Counted from the stretch's first letter, positions 7,875-19,453 are shown. The stretch is 64,000 bases of DNA from Planctomycetota bacterium (GCA_965223845.1 CBDCXR010000004.1:576001-640000), one strand, 5' to 3'. Translations and numbers: made by a program. The notes: generated by a model from the sequence alone, not told the origin.

Positions 7875-9573
7875 CGCCCGGATCCTTCTTGCTCGAGCGC
7901 CGCTTCTTCCTCGAAGACGTTCGCGACTTCTTTTCCTCGTCATCACTCTTGTCTTCGGTTGACGCCTTCGAGTCCGCCACCGCCGGCTCGCGCGGGCGGG
8001 TGTACTTCTTGAGGAACTTTGCGACGACCTGGTTGAAGAGCTCGGATTCTTCGGCGAACGGCATGCACGACGAATTCTTGAACGTGATCATCCGTGTGCC
8101 GTAGTACTTCGCGATCTGCTTGCAGTCCGGGAGGCTCGTATAGAGACTCGCCGCTCCGGCGAGGACGAGCGTCGGAATCCGCCGCTTGGGCGGTTTCTCT
8201 TTGAAGAGCGAGAAGTCCGGGATCGCGACGGACCCCAGCGGGCGGGACTTCTTCGGGTAGAGGACGTGGATCAGCCCGTCTTGCTCGTTTTTGAAGAAGA
8301 GGCTCCAGCTTCGCCGATCGATTGCCGGACCTTGGCCGTCCGGCTTCGGGATTTCCTTCGTCCGGTGGTATTCGTCGAGCGAGTTTTCGCCGTTCTCCGG
8401 ATTGAAGGTCCGCGTGAGGCCGAAATAGAACATCTCGAGGTCGTTCTTGTCTTGCCCCTTCGTCTTGAAGCGCTTCGTCGCCGCCCCGTATTCTCGGTTG
8501 CTCGAGATCGGTGCGACGAAGATGTTCGCCGCGACCGCGTTCGGAAACTTCTGCGCGTAACGCATCGCGATCCACGCGTTCATCCCGCAGGACATGATCG
8601 CGAAGTGCTCCTCTCCGGTCTTCTTCCGGAGCGACTCGAACGCGTCGAGAAGTTTGTCGACGGGGTAGTACGGGATTGTCGTCTTTCCGGCCGCCTTCAG
8701 CCCTTTGAAGGATTTGATCTCGGGAAGATCGATGTAATAGAGCTTGTGGTAGCGCTCGAGCTCCGAGAGGAACGGGATCATGATCTCCCGGCTGTAGCCG
8801 TAGGGCGGAAGAATCAAAATCGGGACACCCGCTCCGGAGCCTTTCTCGGCGGTCTGAAGCCGGACGCCGGAGAAAACGCGCGTGCTCGTCTTCAACTTCT
8901 TTCCGAGCCGTTCGGCCTCCCGGATCGCCTCTTCGTCCGTTCGGCCGAGCTTGAAGTCCTTGTCGCGCTTCGCCCGCCCCCACCACTGAGCCCACGCGAG
9001 CGGATCCGGACCCTGAAACGCCTTCGTGATCGCGTTCAGCGAGTGCTCGATGAACGTCCGGACGACCGGGTCTTCTTCGGTTTGGAAGAGCTCGACGAGT
9101 GCGTCGACGTTCTTCTTTCGGTTCCGCAGTCCGAGGCCGTGGACGACCATGCGCCGCACGGTCGGATCGGAATCCTTGAGGGCTTCGTAGAGCGCCCCGT
9201 AGGAGCGCTTGTCGTTCATCTGTGCGATGCCGACGGCCATGCCCTGGCGCACGAAGGGATTCTTGTGCTCCGTCAAGTACTCGACCATCTTGTCGACGAT
9301 CTTCTCGGAGCCGGCCTTCGCGAGCGCGTCGATCGCCGCCTGGCGGTCGTACCAACTCTTATCGGCGAGGATCTTGAGGATGAGCTTCAGCTGCTTCGAA
9401 TCCTCGGGATCGAGTCGCTTCCAAGTGTTGTGCCGAATGAGAGAATCAGGCGAGCGGTAGACCTGCAGCGCCTCGCGAAGTGAGACGGGCTCGCCTTGGG
9501 CGTCGAGTCCGGTGGGACGGAGAACGCCGAAGAGTAGCGCTCCCAGAAAGAGAATCGATCCTAGCCTGGTCAT
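7867..9573 (-). CDS. Exported HEAT-repeat + alpha/beta-hydrolase-fold protein (catalytic residues appear substituted)
   Basis: Signal peptide MTRLGSILFLGALLFG; HEAT repeats (ALKDSDPTVRRMVVHGLG); C-terminal hydrolase fold (IDLP, IPTLVLAG, LFNQVVAKFL). Confidence 0.75.
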   Translation of the reverse strand: MTRLGSILFLGALLFGVLRPTGLDAQGEPVSLREALQVYRSPDSLIRHNTWKRLDPEDSKQLKLILKILADKSWYDRQAAIDALAKAGSEKIVDKMVEYLTEHKNPFVRQGMAVGIAQMNDKRSYGALYEALKDSDPTVRRMVVHGLGLRNRKKNVDALVELFQTEEDPVVRTFIEHSLNAITKAFQGPDPLAWAQWWGRAKRDKDFKLGRTDEEAIREAERLGKKLKTSTRVFSGVRLQTAEKGSGAGVPILILPPYGYSREIMIPFLSELERYHKLYYIDLPEIKSFKGLKAAGKTTIPYYPVDKLLDAFESLRKKTGEEHFAIMSCGMNAWIAMRYAQKFPNAVAANIFVAPISSNREYGAATKRFKTKGQDKNDLEMFYFGLTRTFNPENGENSLDEYHRTKEIPKPDGQGPAIDRRSWSLFFKNEQDGLIHVLYPKKSRPLGSVAIPDFSLFKEKPPKRRIPTLVLAGAASLYTSLPDCKQIAKYYGTRMITFKNSSCMPFAEESELFNQVVAKFLKKYTRPREPAVADSKASTEDKSDDEEKKSRTSSRKKRRSSKKDPGDD

Positions 9574-9734
9574 GGGCTCGTCCTGACGCGGATGCGGCGA
9601 ACGCGGCGAGACGGTCGGCCGAGGTGGAGGCGCTCGCCGCGTGAGAGAGGGCACGGATGGAGCTGCCATCTTAACAGCCGCGGCCGGGGCGGCGCACCAA
9701 AACAGCGTGCGAAACGCGCGAGCGGAAGTGCCGA

Positions 9735-10889
9735 TCAGCGCGGGCCGCGAACCTCGAGGCGATCGGACGAGTCGAGATTCGCGCGCAGCACGGAGCGTCC
9801 CGCGATCGTCACGTCGAGCTCGGCGTCGGTGGCGACGCCCGTCGCGATGACGTCGCCCGGTCGCAGCGCGGCGATGTCTTCGAGCGCGATCGACACCGGC
9901 GGGAGCAAAGCGGCGACGTCGACGGTCGTCTTTGCGAGGCGTTCGAAGGTGGCGTCGCGCGCGGGCGCTTCCGCCTCGATCGATGGCCCGCGCGCGAGCT
10001 CGGCGAGCAGGCCCGCGAAGCGCTTCGTCGGGAAGCAGAGCTGGATGGCGCCCTGATCCGGACCGACGGCGGCGTGAAGCGAGACAACGACTGCCGGCTC
10101 GGTCGAGTCGAAGCCGCGCAGTTGGAGCGGGTTGTGCTCCGTACGGCCGAGCTCGAACGCGGCCTCCGGAACGACCTCGCGCCACAGTTCGGTGAGCGCA
10201 TCGAAGACGCGCCGGGTCACCTTCGCCGCCAGGGCGCGTTCGAGCTCCGTGAGCGGTCGAATCGGATACGCCGCATCGCCCGCTTCCCCACCGAGGATTC
10301 CGTGGATCAGCGGGAAGAGGATCGCCGGAGTGACCTCGGCGATGAGCGGCAGTCGCCCCGCGGACGTGTGGGCGATCTGAAGGTATGTCGGCGTGCGGAG
10401 CGGGCGAATGAAATCGAAGTAGGTGCACTGGCGAAGCGCGGTGAACTCGACCGCGACGGGGGTGCCCACCCAGATCGACAGATTTCGCGTGGCGACCTCC
10501 GCGAGCGCTTGGTGCCGTTTCGCGAGCGACTTGATCTGGTCATCGCTGAGGAGGAGGGGAGAGCGGAAGTCGAAGCGCTTCGGTGGCTGGCTGCGCGCGC
10601 TTCGCTCCGCCGGCGCATCGCGGTCCGTTCGGGCGCGGCGTTCACGGATCGCCGACAGCTTCGCCGCGAGTGCCCGCGAGGGCGCGTCGAGCCTCGCACT
10701 GGAGGACGCTCCGATGCGTGAGATCGCGCCCGGCGTGGCCGGCGGCGGACTCGTGCGGTCCTCGCTGCTCGGGGCTTCGCTCGGGTCGGGTTTCTGCGTG
10801 CGATCGCCAGTCGACTCCGCTCTGCCCGGGGTCTCTTCCTTCTTCACCGAAAACCTCTTCACGTTCGCTCGATCGGTTGAGAGGTTCAC
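9735..10889 (-). CDS. fliM: FliM-like flagellar motor switch protein (orphan)
   Basis: FDFRSP, ILGG, RPLTELE and EHNPLQ FliM middle-domain motifs plus a C-terminal SpoA-like region (LRPGDVI). Confidence 0.75.
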   Translation of the reverse strand: MNLSTDRANVKRFSVKKEETPGRAESTGDRTQKPDPSEAPSSEDRTSPPPATPGAISRIGASSSARLDAPSRALAAKLSAIRERRARTDRDAPAERSARSQPPKRFDFRSPLLLSDDQIKSLAKRHQALAEVATRNLSIWVGTPVAVEFTALRQCTYFDFIRPLRTPTYLQIAHTSAGRLPLIAEVTPAILFPLIHGILGGEAGDAAYPIRPLTELERALAAKVTRRVFDALTELWREVVPEAAFELGRTEHNPLQLRGFDSTEPAVVVSLHAAVGPDQGAIQLCFPTKRFAGLLAELARGPSIEAEAPARDATFERLAKTTVDVAALLPPVSIALEDIAALRPGDVIATGVATDAELDVTIAGRSVLRANLDSSDRLEVRGPR

Positions 10890-10934
10890 GGACGCCGCCG
10901 CCCTCGTGTGAACCCGCCTGGTCGAACTCTTCGG

Positions 10935-12522
<1,588 letters not shown>

Positions 12523-12990
12523 TCAATCTCGGTTGTGGTATCCAGCGTCTGTCGTGGGCGGCGTTCGACTGGCTCTCGGTCGTCGCTTTTCGCTCGGCCG
12601 GCGTTCTGACTTCGCTCCGATCGGCGCTTCGACGTCCGGGCTCGGTTCCGGTCTGCGAAGGCTCGCCGCGTGACGATCGCGGGGGCGCCGGTCGAAAGTC
12701 GACTCGAGGACGTCGCGCCGAACTGGCCCGACGGATCGAGCGGCCGCTCGCGGAAATCGATCGGGCCGTTCCGGGCTGCGAGCTCTCGCCGCGAGAGGCG
12801 TCCGGCGCACTCCCGACTCGACGAAGCGAAATCCATCGCGACTCGACCCGAGACGACCTCGCTACCGACACCCCCGGGCACCGGGGCTCAGCGTGCTCCG
12901 CGCCGACCGTTCAGTCTGCGCGTCCGACTGCGGCGACCCCTCGGGGCCGGTCCGCGCGGGCGCGAATTTGCTCCTCTTCACGACTCTCGG

Positions 12991-13019
12991 CTTGTACGAA
13001 AGCCAGCGACCTCTGTCAA
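12991..13019 (-). promoter_or_regulatory. Putative sigma70 promoter facing eno
   Basis: Minus-strand TTGACA-N17-TACAAG. Confidence 0.5.
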
Positions 13020-13047
13020 CACAAATCGAGTCTGCGAGGGACTTTCT

Positions 13048-13794
13048 GTGAATTTGACCGCTGCCGAACCCGTCGCGCCCCACCCTGCGGACCTCACGGC
13101 GATCGACCGTCCATATCTCGTCCCCTGGGGAGCGCGCGAGATCTTCATCTCGGTCCTCATCTCGCTGTCTGCGGTCGCGTTCTTCGGGTATCGCGCAGCG
13201 ACCGGCGCGTGGCTGTGGTGGGTTCCGCTCGGGGTCGTTCTCGCGGTCACCGCCGCGGCGATTCTCTTCTTTCGCAATCCGAGGCGAATCGTTCCCTCGG
13301 GCGACGGCACGCTCGTGGCGCCGGCCGACGGGACCATCTGGGATGTCTCCGTGGATCCTGCGCCGGAGTTCGTCGGCGAGCCCTGCCTCCGCATCGGAAT
13401 CTTCCTCTCGATCTTCAACGTCCACGTGAATCGCGCCCCGTGCGCGGCCGAGGTCGCGTATCTCCGCTACCGGCCGGGCGCGTTCCACGATGCGCGTTCG
13501 CAGCTCGCTGCGGTCGAGAACGAGTCGCATTCGATCGGCTTCGTGGGGGCCGGCGACGGCTTCGAGGGCGAGCGCCTGCTCGTCAAACAGATCTCCGGTG
13601 CGGTCGCACGGCGCATCCTCTGTCCGCTCCGGCCCGCGGCGTCCGTTGCGCGGGGCGGGCTCGTCGGTATGATCAAGTACGGATCGAGGACCGAGCTCTA
13701 CGTCCCCGAGCGCCTCGCTCCAGAGGTCCGAGTTCGCGTTGGGCAGTCCGTCACCGGCGGCGAGACGATCCTCGTGGCGCTCCGCTCGACTTAG
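13048..13794 (+). CDS. psd: Phosphatidylserine decarboxylase proenzyme
   Basis: FFRNP, APADG, IFLSIFNVHVNRAP and the KYGSR self-cleavage motif; GTG start with GAGG upstream. Confidence 0.93.
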   Translation: MNLTAAEPVAPHPADLTAIDRPYLVPWGAREIFISVLISLSAVAFFGYRAATGAWLWWVPLGVVLAVTAAAILFFRNPRRIVPSGDGTLVAPADGTIWDVSVDPAPEFVGEPCLRIGIFLSIFNVHVNRAPCAAEVAYLRYRPGAFHDARSQLAAVENESHSIGFVGAGDGFEGERLLVKQISGAVARRILCPLRPAASVARGGLVGMIKYGSRTELYVPERLAPEVRVRVGQSVTGGETILVALRST

Positions 13795-13931
13795 TTCGAG
13801 GTCGGCGGCCCGGTAGCGGGGCACCGGCCTTGTCTCGCCACCTCCTGCGCCGGACTCGTCACCGACGATCCTCGCGACCTCGCACTCGCTGAAGAATCGC
13901 CCAACTCGAACCTAGCGCGCGGAACCTCGCG

Positions 13932-14810
13932 ATGGAAGTCAATCGCAGCATCCTCCTCCCGAGTCTCCTCACGATCGGGAACGGTGTGTGCGGATTCCTC
14001 GCCATCGTGTGCCTCGCGCAGGTGCAGTCGACGCCCGAAGAGGGGCTCGCGCTCGCGTCGATCTCGAAGGTCGCGCAGGCCGCGTGGCTCATCTTCCTCG
14101 GGATGGTATTCGACGTGTTCGACGGGCGCGTCGCGCGAGCTTCCGGCGGTGGCAGCGCGCTCGGCGCGCAGCTCGATTCGCTCTGCGACCTCATCACCTT
14201 CGGCGTCGCGCCCGCGTTCATGATCCTCGCTCTCAACGTCGGGCTGCCGAATCCGGCGTGGCAGAAGGTCGTGATGATCTTCTCCATTGCGTACTTCGTC
14301 GGAGCGCTGCTGCGACTCGCGCGCTTCACCGTAGAGAACTCGCCGGACGAGAGCGCGCACCTCGCGTTCAAAGGGCTTCCGACCCCTGGCGCTGCGGGCT
14401 GCGTCGCCTCGCTCGTGATTTTTTACTGCTACGTCGTCGAGTTCCGTCAGCCCGAGCTTCAGTGGGTGTCGACATACATCGAGCCGAACACGCTGAGGAA
14501 CGCGGTGTCGGTCGTTCCGTACGCGCTGCCTCTCGTCGGACTCGTGCTCGGTTTCGCCATGGTGTCCAATCGACTCATCTTCGAGCACGCCGGGAGCTGG
14601 ATCTTCAGTCGAAAGCACAGCTTCGACGGTATCGCGTACATCGTGTTCGGCGCCGTGCTCGCCGCGGTCGTCCCCGAGATGGTGCTCCCGATCGTGTTCG
14701 TCGGGTACGTCGTCTACACGCCGATCGCGTACCTCGTTCGCGCGATCACGCGAAAGGGGCGCGGCGCGAGCGCGGAAGCGCCGGACGACGGCACCCAGGC
14801 CGGGGCCTGA
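13932..14810 (+). CDS. pssA: CDP-diacylglycerol--serine O-phosphatidyltransferase
   Basis: DxxDGRVAR..GAQLDSLCD CDP-alcohol phosphatidyltransferase motif, LRLARF, FKGLPTP; next to psd. Confidence 0.93.
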   Translation: MEVNRSILLPSLLTIGNGVCGFLAIVCLAQVQSTPEEGLALASISKVAQAAWLIFLGMVFDVFDGRVARASGGGSALGAQLDSLCDLITFGVAPAFMILALNVGLPNPAWQKVVMIFSIAYFVGALLRLARFTVENSPDESAHLAFKGLPTPGAAGCVASLVIFYCYVVEFRQPELQWVSTYIEPNTLRNAVSVVPYALPLVGLVLGFAMVSNRLIFEHAGSWIFSRKHSFDGIAYIVFGAVLAAVVPEMVLPIVFVGYVVYTPIAYLVRAITRKGRGASAEAPDDGTQAGA

Positions 14811-14819
14811 ATCGGGGCG

Positions 14820-15335
14820 ATGGCGAGACAAGACTCGAGCAGCGCCACTCGCTGGGAACGGGACGTCTCGGCGATCATCGGTCTCGGCGCGAACCTGGGT
14901 CCGCGTGAACTTACGATTGCGCGTGCCCTCGAGGGGCTCGCGGCGGAGCCCGGAGTGCGCCTCGAGCGGGTCTCGCGTGTCATCGAGACCGATCCCGTAG
15001 GCGGGCCGCCCCAGCCGCGCTATCGAAACGGAATCGCCGAAGTGAGGACACGCCTCTCCGCCGCGGCGCTCCTCGCGGCGCTCCAGCGGATCGAGGATCG
15101 GCTCGGACGCGAGCGCGAACTGCCGAACGGTCCGCGGACGATGGATCTCGATCTCCTTCTTTACGGCGATGAAGTGATCTCCGAAGAGGGGCTCGAGGTT
15201 CCGCACCCGCGGATGCTCGAGCGAGAGTTCGTCCTCGAACCGCTCGCCGAGTGTCTTCCCGAGCGGGTGCATCCGGTCTCCGGCCGGACGATCCGCGCGC
15301 ACTGGGACGCGTTCCCGGCGGAGCGACGGCACTGA
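14820..15335 (+). CDS. folK: 2-amino-4-hydroxy-6-hydroxymethyldihydropteridine pyrophosphokinase
   Basis: GLGANLG, GPRTMDLDLL, VPHPRMLEREFVLEPL. Confidence 0.96.
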   Translation: MARQDSSSATRWERDVSAIIGLGANLGPRELTIARALEGLAAEPGVRLERVSRVIETDPVGGPPQPRYRNGIAEVRTRLSAAALLAALQRIEDRLGRERELPNGPRTMDLDLLLYGDEVISEEGLEVPHPRMLEREFVLEPLAECLPERVHPVSGRTIRAHWDAFPAERRH

Positions 15336-15343
15336 GGGACGCG

Positions 15344-16252
15344 ATGCGAGTCGTTCGCGACATCGAAGAGTTCTCGACGTGGTGCGGCCGCTACGCGGCG
15401 GCGGGTCTCTCGGTCGGCTTCGTACCGACGATGGGCGCGCTTCACGAGGGGCATTTGTCTCTCCTCCGTCGCTCGGTTGCGGAGTGCGAACGTACGGTGG
15501 TCAGTGTCTTCGTGAATCCGACTCAGTTCGGCCCCGGAGAGGATCTCGACTCCTACCCGCGGCGGCCGGCGGAGGACGAAGAGGCTTGCCGCGAGCAGGG
15601 GGCGTCGCTCGTCTACTTCGGGTCGCCGAGCGACATGTATCCGGCCGGGTTTCAGACTTGGGTCGAGGTTGAGTCACTCACGCGTTCCCTTTGCGGAATC
15701 GATCGCCCGCACCATTTTCGCGGCGTGACGACCGTCGTCGCGCAGCTCTTTCTTCTCGCGCGTCCCGATCGTGCGTACTTCGGCCAGAAGGACTTTCAGC
15801 AGGCGCGGGTCATTCAGCGGATGGCGATCGACCTCCACATGTCGACCGACGTTCGCATCTGTCCGACTGTACGCGAGCGCGACGGCCTCGCGTTGAGCTC
15901 CCGAAACGCGTACCTCGACGCGCCCGCGCGCACCGTCGCCCTCCGCCTGAGTCGCGCGCTCTTCGCCGCACGCGAACGGATCGAATCGGGCGAACGGAAC
16001 GCAGAGCTCGTCCGGCAATTCATGCGAACGATTCTTCGTCCCGGCGACGGCCTCGAGCTCGACTACCTCGAGATCCGCTCGGCCGACGATCTCTCTCCGA
16101 TCGGAGAGCAGATCGATCTCACCGAAGCGATCTCACCTCAGGCGGGGCTCGTCATCGCGGTCGCCGCGCGGGTGGGCGGCGTTCGCCTCATCGACAATGT
16201 GCTCGTCGGATGCGGGCGGGGGACTCTCGGGGGCGCGTCCGCGCAGGAGTAG
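15344..16252 (+). CDS. panC: Pantoate--beta-alanine ligase
   Basis: FVPTMGALHEGHLSL, FVNPTQF, FGQKDFQQ, GLALSSRN, RLIDN. Confidence 0.97.
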   Translation: MRVVRDIEEFSTWCGRYAAAGLSVGFVPTMGALHEGHLSLLRRSVAECERTVVSVFVNPTQFGPGEDLDSYPRRPAEDEEACREQGASLVYFGSPSDMYPAGFQTWVEVESLTRSLCGIDRPHHFRGVTTVVAQLFLLARPDRAYFGQKDFQQARVIQRMAIDLHMSTDVRICPTVRERDGLALSSRNAYLDAPARTVALRLSRALFAARERIESGERNAELVRQFMRTILRPGDGLELDYLEIRSADDLSPIGEQIDLTEAISPQAGLVIAVAARVGGVRLIDNVLVGCGRGTLGGASAQE

Positions 16253-16258
16253 AGGGCG

Positions 16259-17212
16259 ATGCGATTCGAAGTCTCCGGCGATACGCTCTGCGTTCACGCG
16301 CCCGCCAAGATCAACCTCCACCTCGAGGTGGGACCACCTCGCTCGGACGGGTTCCACGACATCGACAGCCTCTTCCTCTCGGTATCGCTCTTCGATCGCA
16401 TCGAGTTCGCGCCCGGGCCGGACGGAGAGATCGCACTCGAGTGTGCGGGGATGCCGGCGAACGAGGAGAACCTCGTCTGGCGGGCGGCGACTCTTCTCCG
16501 CTCGGTCGGTGCGGGCGGCGGCGCGGCTCGGGGCGGCCCGTCGCGAGGAGCGCGGATCCGCCTCGAGAAGACGATCCCCGCGGGCGCCGGGCTCGGGGGC
16601 GGCTCGAGCGATGCCGCGGCGACCCTTCTCGCGCTCGACCAGCTGTGGAACCTCGAGCTCGGAGCGACTCGGCTCGCGCCGCTCGCGGCCGAGCTCGGGA
16701 GCGACGTGCCGTACTTCCTCTCGGGCGGACTCGCTCGCTGCCGCGGGCGCGGCGAGGACGTCCGGGCGTGGGGCGGTCCGGCCGCGGTCGCATCACCTGC
16801 GTTCACTCTCGCGTGTCCCCGACTAAGCGTCGACACGAAAGAGGCTTACGGTGATCTCGACCGTTCTCGCGACCCTAACTTCAACTTGACCCTCGGAAGC
16901 GTGCTCGATAGGCTCGAGTCGCCTCCTTTCGAGAGCGTCGCCTCACCGGATGCACCCGCGCGCTCGCTCTTTAATCATTTCGAGTCGGTGGTGTACGCGC
17001 GTAAGCCGGAGCTCGCGGAGCTTCACGCGCGCCTCTCGCGCCACGACATCCGCCCGGAGCGAGTTTTCCTCACCGGCACGGGGTCCACGGTCGTGGCGGC
17101 CTTTCGATCGGAAGGCGAAGCGAATCGTTGTGCGGCGGCGATCGAGGCGGAGCGGGGGGACTCGCTGCGAGCGTATTCGGTCGTCGGATTGCCGGCCTGG
17201 CACGCCGACTGA
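16259..17212 (+). CDS. ispE: 4-diphosphocytidyl-2-C-methyl-D-erythritol kinase
   Basis: APAKINL, IPAGAGLGGGSSDAA, LGSDVP. Confidence 0.95.
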   Translation: MRFEVSGDTLCVHAPAKINLHLEVGPPRSDGFHDIDSLFLSVSLFDRIEFAPGPDGEIALECAGMPANEENLVWRAATLLRSVGAGGGAARGGPSRGARIRLEKTIPAGAGLGGGSSDAAATLLALDQLWNLELGATRLAPLAAELGSDVPYFLSGGLARCRGRGEDVRAWGGPAAVASPAFTLACPRLSVDTKEAYGDLDRSRDPNFNLTLGSVLDRLESPPFESVASPDAPARSLFNHFESVVYARKPELAELHARLSRHDIRPERVFLTGTGSTVVAAFRSEGEANRCAAAIEAERGDSLRAYSVVGLPAWHAD

Positions 17213-17743
17213 GCCGGGGCGGGTCGCTCCGGCGTCGGCGCGAAGCCGCCGCGGCGTTCGCGCGGAGGCGAGCTCCGGATCGCGGCTCGCGGTCGCTCGC
17301 AGCGGCCGCGGCGCTCGTTCCGTGCTCCGCTTCTGCGCGGCGCGTCCGCGCGCGAGCGCCGCGTTATCGGTCTCGAATCGAATCCCGTCGACCTTTCCAC
17401 TCGCGCCGAGCGCGAGATAGAATACCCGCATCGTTTCGGTGGAATGCCCGTAGGTGGACCGCTCCTGGTCGCAGACGAGAGCTGCGTGCCGTCGTGGTCG
17501 AGCCAGGATTTCCCACCAGATTCTACTCCGCTACCCCAAGTCGCGAACTCGAGCATCGGATGCGCTGCCACTCTGATCCTCGCTGTGCCGAGCGCACAGC
17601 TCCGGTCAGCGCGGCGTCGCCTCCTTGTCAGTTCCCGGCCTACGGCGATTCGCCGCGGCGCTCACCGAATCGGGCGAGCGATCCGGGCTCAGTCGCCGGG
17701 TGGTCTGGTCGCAGCAACCGGCGGACAACAAGGAGCGACTCCA

Positions 17744-18919
17744 GTGCGAATCACCGAGGTCCGGATCAAGCTGACGTCCGGTAGAAACGAGAAGCTGAGG
17801 GCGTTTTGCAGCATCACCATCGACGACGATTTCGTCATTCGCGACTTGAAGATCATCGAGGGCACCAAAGGCGCGTTTGTGGCGATGCCGAGTCGGAAGC
17901 TGATGGCTCGGTGCCATCGGTGCAGCGGGAAGAACCACCACCGCGCGCGGTTCTGTAACGAGTGCGGCGTTCGCATCGAGCCAGATCGCGTCGAGCTCGA
18001 CGGGAAGCGAAAGCTCCACGCGGACATCGCGCACCCGATCAACTCCGAATGCCGTGAGCGCATTCAGCAGGAGGTCCTCGAGCACTACCAGATCGAGCAG
18101 GAGAAGTCGAAGCAGCCGGACTACGAGCCCGTCGACATCGACGAGGGCTTCGAGGACGAGATCTACGACGAGTTCGAAGCCGACGACGGCGGAAACGAGT
18201 GGACGACTTCGACCCGCCGCTCCGAATTCGCTGCTGACGACGAGGAGGAGCGCGCGGGCGACGATTCTCCCACCGACTCGGCGCTCGAGGATAGCGAGTG
18301 GGCGGAGCGCGACGCGGCCTCCGGCTCGCGGTCTTCGTTCCGTGAAGGCTCCGGTCGTCGTGACTCACGTGGGTCACGCGGTCCCGATTCGCGCGGAGAA
18401 GAGGGCAATGAGCGAAGGCGGTCGCGCGAGCCGTTCGCGCGGTCGGCGCGCCAGCGCGGACCGCGTGGCGGGCGTCGGCCTGGCCCGCGTCCACCGCGGC
18501 GCGCGCCGACCGGCGACCCCGATGGCCAGCGCGCCGATTCCCGCGGCGAACCTACACGCGACGGGGGCCACCGCCGCGACGGCGGACGTCCGTCGCGGCA
18601 ACTCTACGACGACCGTCGCGGAGACCGCCGTTCGGGAAGCGGTCAAGCGGGCGCCGGGCGATCGAGCGAGAGAGCACGAGCTGACGGCGGTCGGCGAGGG
18701 CAAGATTCGACCAGTGCTCCGCGCCGTTCGTCGCTCGAGGTGCCGTTCGATTCGGGGAAGCGTGAGCGCCGGTCGCCGCCGTCGGAATCCGCATCGCGCG
18801 ACCGCTGGTCAGAGCGGCCGCCGCCCGCCGAAAGTTCGGCGAGTCCGGCGCGCGCGCGGCGTGACGACGAGCTCGACACGGAGCCGGAGGATAACTTCGG
18901 CGCGGGTCTCTTCCAGTAA
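17744..18919 (+). CDS. spoVG: SpoVG-family nucleic-acid-binding protein with zinc ribbon and long disordered tail
   Basis: ITEVRI..LRAFCSITIDDDFVIRDLKIIEG..FVAMPSRK and DIAHPINSECR; CHRC/CNEC insert; AAGGAG SD before GTG 17744. Confidence 0.9.
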   Translation: MRITEVRIKLTSGRNEKLRAFCSITIDDDFVIRDLKIIEGTKGAFVAMPSRKLMARCHRCSGKNHHRARFCNECGVRIEPDRVELDGKRKLHADIAHPINSECRERIQQEVLEHYQIEQEKSKQPDYEPVDIDEGFEDEIYDEFEADDGGNEWTTSTRRSEFAADDEEERAGDDSPTDSALEDSEWAERDAASGSRSSFREGSGRRDSRGSRGPDSRGEEGNERRRSREPFARSARQRGPRGGRRPGPRPPRRAPTGDPDGQRADSRGEPTRDGGHRRDGGRPSRQLYDDRRGDRRSGSGQAGAGRSSERARADGGRRGQDSTSAPRRSSLEVPFDSGKRERRSPPSESASRDRWSERPPPAESSASPARARRDDELDTEPEDNFGAGLFQ

Positions 18920-19453
18920 GCGGAACGGGCGCTCGAGTGCCGTAAACGGGCTTCTTGCCCACGGTGTGTTCGTAGGCATCCGCTTCGCTCGCGTTCGCTC
19001 GACACTGGAACGGCGCAGGGATATACTTCGGTGTCTCTCGAGAGTCTGCGCAGGAAGTGCATCGGAACGATATCGGTCTTTGCGGGCGATCGCCCGCGCC
19101 GATGAGTCGGGGAGTCGTCGGACTCGCGCCGTACGAGTTCGCGAATCTCGCCTCTCAACCGGCCTCGCAACACGGTCGGTCTCGTTGGCTGGAGTGTTTC
19201 TGCGAAGACTCGTGACGCGCTCCCGCGCGCGTTTTTCGGACGATTGGGCATCTGCGCCGCGTCGGCGGCGCTCGGGACGAACCGGCCCGCTCGTCGACGA
19301 GCGCTCTCGGAGCTCGGGGGGGACGGCGGCGAGCTCTCCGCCGCCGGTGAGTCGAAACGCGCTCCGCCGACTCCGTTCTCTATCCTCGGGCGGTGCACCG
19401 CCCGTTGTACCTTCTTCCTCCGCCCGTTCGAACGCGAGGCCAGCGACCGGACG

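Noticed and set aside
9574-10428. N-terminal extension of ORF 7867-10428, including an RRAPP string
   Set aside because: Overlaps fliM in another frame; a clean signal peptide starts at 9573; RAPP here is most likely chance.
17213-17743. tRNA-Gln often found after ispE
   Set aside because: No cloverleaf or TTC-containing T-arm could be identified.
18920-19453. ~530-bp gap after spoVG
   Set aside because: No convincing ORF, RNA motif or repeat seen; may include the true start of the next gene.
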